64,000 bases of DNA from an uncultured Lachnospiraceae bacterium (GTDB lineage: Bacteria; Bacillota; Clostridia; Lachnospirales; Lachnospiraceae), in the NCBI GenBank assembly GCA_905235435.1, contig CAJOLD010000009.1:16129-80128 (forward strand), written 5' to 3'. This document shows positions 62,157 through 64,000 of this stretch, in pieces. Made by a program: the position numbers and the translations under genes. Each line of letters starts with the position of its first letter. Position 1 is the stretch's first letter. The notes under the pieces were generated by a model. The model saw nothing but the letters and a program-made list of their open reading frames with translations, searched no databases and was not told the origin of the DNA.

Positions 62157-63328
62157 GGAGCCACCACTTCCGTGCGCGATTTATTTTCCGCGCGCGACTT
62201 AGTCCCGCACATACAGGAGGCCGCGTCCAGCATCTCCTCCCGGGTGACGGTGGGATCGACGTATGCGTCCCCGACCGCGCGAAGCAGGACGAATTTGATC
62301 TGTCCCGCATCCATCTTTTTATCATGCGCCGCAGCCTCGACGATCTGCTCCGGCGAAACATCCGGAAGCACCTCCGGAAGTCCGAAGCGCCGGTTCATCT
62401 CTTTGACCCTGCCGCAGGTCCCCTCCGGAACAAGGCCCCTTCTTTCACTGAGGCGGGCCGCAGCGACGCTCCCGAGGGCAACGCACTGCCCGTGCAGCAG
62501 TTTGAGGTCCATGACCTTCTCGGCCGCGTGGCCGAGTGTATGGCCGAAATTGAGGATGGCCCTAAGGCCCTTTTCGGTCGGATCCTCCTCCACGACGGCC
62601 CTCTTGATCTCGCAGCTCCTGCGCACCATCGGGAGCAGTACCTCCGGGTCCCGCGCAAGAATCTTCTCCGCGTTTTCCCCGAGCCATTCATAATAGGCCT
62701 CGTCCCGGATGAGGCCATGCTTCAGGATCTCCCCCATGCCGCAGGCAAACTGCTCCTCCGGGAGGGTATCCGTCGTGCGCAGATTCATATAGACCAGGGA
62801 GGGCTGATGGAAAGCCCCCACCATATTCTTGTAACTGTCAAAGTCGACACCGGTCTTCCCGCCGATGCTGCTGTCCACCTGGGCGAGCAGCGTCGTGGGG
62901 ATCTGGATAAAGCGGATCCCGCGAAGATACGTGGCCGCCGCATAACCGGTCATATCACCGGTAACGCCGCCGCCGAGCGCCGCCAGCACATCGCCGCGGT
63001 CAAAGCCCTTTTCGATCAGGAACGCGTAAAGTTTCCGGATCTCATCCAGCGTCTTATGCTCCTCCCCCGCCGGGAAGACATAAACTTCCGTCTGCCTGCA
63101 GCAGGCCGCGGTCAGGGCGCGCACAGACTCCGCATAGAGCGGCGCCACGTTGCTGTCCGTGACGATACAGACCCTGCGGTCCGCAAGATCAAGCGGGGCA
63201 AGGGCCTTCGGCAGGGCGTCAAAGGAATCCTCCAGCCAGATATCGTAGATCTTATTCCCGTCCCTTCCTCTGACGGGAAGGCATCCGGTCCCCGTGACGG
63301 TCTCAAACTTCTGATGCGTCTTATCCAT
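62153..63328 (-). CDS. aroB: 3-dehydroquinate synthase
   Basis: GEEHKT, LGGGVTGD, PTTLLAQVDSSIGGKT, KNMVGAF, LNFGHT. Confidence 0.95.
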   Translation of the reverse strand: MDKTHQKFETVTGTGCLPVRGRDGNKIYDIWLEDSFDALPKALAPLDLADRRVCIVTDSNVAPLYAESVRALTAACCRQTEVYVFPAGEEHKTLDEIRKLYAFLIEKGFDRGDVLAALGGGVTGDMTGYAAATYLRGIRFIQIPTTLLAQVDSSIGGKTGVDFDSYKNMVGAFHQPSLVYMNLRTTDTLPEEQFACGMGEILKHGLIRDEAYYEWLGENAEKILARDPEVLLPMVRRSCEIKRAVVEEDPTEKGLRAILNFGHTLGHAAEKVMDLKLLHGQCVALGSVAAARLSERRGLVPEGTCGRVKEMNRRFGLPEVLPDVSPEQIVEAAAHDKKMDAGQIKFVLLRAVGDAYVDPTVTREEMLDAASCMCGTKSRAENKSRTEVVAP

Positions 63329-63343
63329 AAACGAGACTCCTCC

Positions 63344-64000
63344 TTAATTTCTGTCACTGTAGAGCGAAAGCTGCGCGAAAACGCGGCCCTTTTTCGTCAC
63401 CTTTCCCGTCCCGTCAAAGCGGAACCGTCCCAGGCCGCGGCATGAGATGATGCTTCCCTCCTTTGGTCTGCAGGAAGGGTCCGTGACCAGTCTTCCGTCC
63501 GCGAATACCCTTCCGCCCTCGATCAGAGAGACCGCCTGGGGTCTCGGGATGCGGAAGGCAAGCGCCGTGAGCGCGTCGAGGCGGGCGGAAGCGACCGATC
63601 CCGAAACCTCGGTCAGTTTCGGAACAAGGCCCTCCGGCACACCGCCCGCAAGCTCCCTGCATACGACTGTCGTATGGCGGACCCTGGTCAGCGACTCCCC
63701 GATAAACGGCGCGATGCTGCCTGCGCAGATCACGCAGGCACTGCCTTCTCCGACCAGAATGTCCCCGATAAGTCCGCGGTCGATCCCGAGATTCAGGATC
63801 GCTCCCAGGTAGTCCCTGTGGGTCAGCGCGTCCGAAAAGCGCGGGTTTGCCGGCGCGATCTCCATGTATGTATAGGGAAACTCCACTTCCGCATCTTCCA
63901 TGGAATAACAAAAAGCATCAGGGATAAAGGCTATCATCTGACGCTCCGCATACGCATGACCGCCGCGGGAGATGGTCTTAATAAACGCAAGGTCCCGCTG
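63344..64000 (-). CDS. YlmH-like S4 RNA-binding protein (5' end outside window)
   Basis: LTHRDYLGAILNLGIDR..GDI, SARLD, RGLGRF; frame stays open to the window end (QRDLAF..GGHAYAERQM). Confidence 0.85.
   Translation of the reverse strand, partial: QRDLAFIKTISRGGHAYAERQMIAFIPDAFCYSMEDAEVEFPYTYMEIAPANPRFSDALTHRDYLGAILNLGIDRGLIGDILVGEGSACVICAGSIAPFIGESLTRVRHTTVVCRELAGGVPEGLVPKLTEVSGSVASARLDALTALAFRIPRPQAVSLIEGGRVFADGRLVTDPSCRPKEGSIISCRGLGRFRFDGTGKVTKKGRVFAQLSLYSDRN

Noticed and set aside
1..64000. tRNA/rRNA genes, CRISPR arrays, IS or prophage genes, defence systems
   Set aside because: Nearly all sequence is explained by recognisable CDSs; short intergenic gaps show no such signatures by eye.

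Overview
GC-rich, densely coding chromosomal segment of a monoderm Firmicute; gene content and order look like Lachnospiraceae/Clostridia (inference). In order it holds: the 5' end of glpK; argDBJC with divergent argG and ARG boxes; a BMP-type nucleoside ABC transporter with a two-domain nucleoside hydrolase; htpG, glnS, mutY, udk, pncA, deoD; rny-recX-recA with an SOS box; rseP-dxr-cdsA-uppS-frr-pyrH; a P-type ATPase; a putative envelope-glycosylation neighbourhood (PaaK/CapK-like ligase, ATP-grasp, GT2, YfhO, acyltransferase) interrupted by an FMN-riboswitch/ribU unit; an L,D-transpeptidase, nudC and regulators; a ROK-associated rare-sugar cluster (ABC, lyxose-isomerase family, DUF4432, HxlB, epimerase, PfkB); and dtd-rluD-lspA-aroB-ylmH. 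I saw no rRNA, tRNA, CRISPR array or mobile element. Most notable: three genes are broken by 7-8 bp indels (7-bp tandem duplications in mutY and DUF4432, an inferred 8-bp deletion in recA; real or assembly artefact is unresolved), two sugar-cluster promoters share a candidate operator, and there are two uncharacterised candidate pathways (rare sugar catabolism, surface glycan acylation). Product calls come from motif recognition, not database searches.
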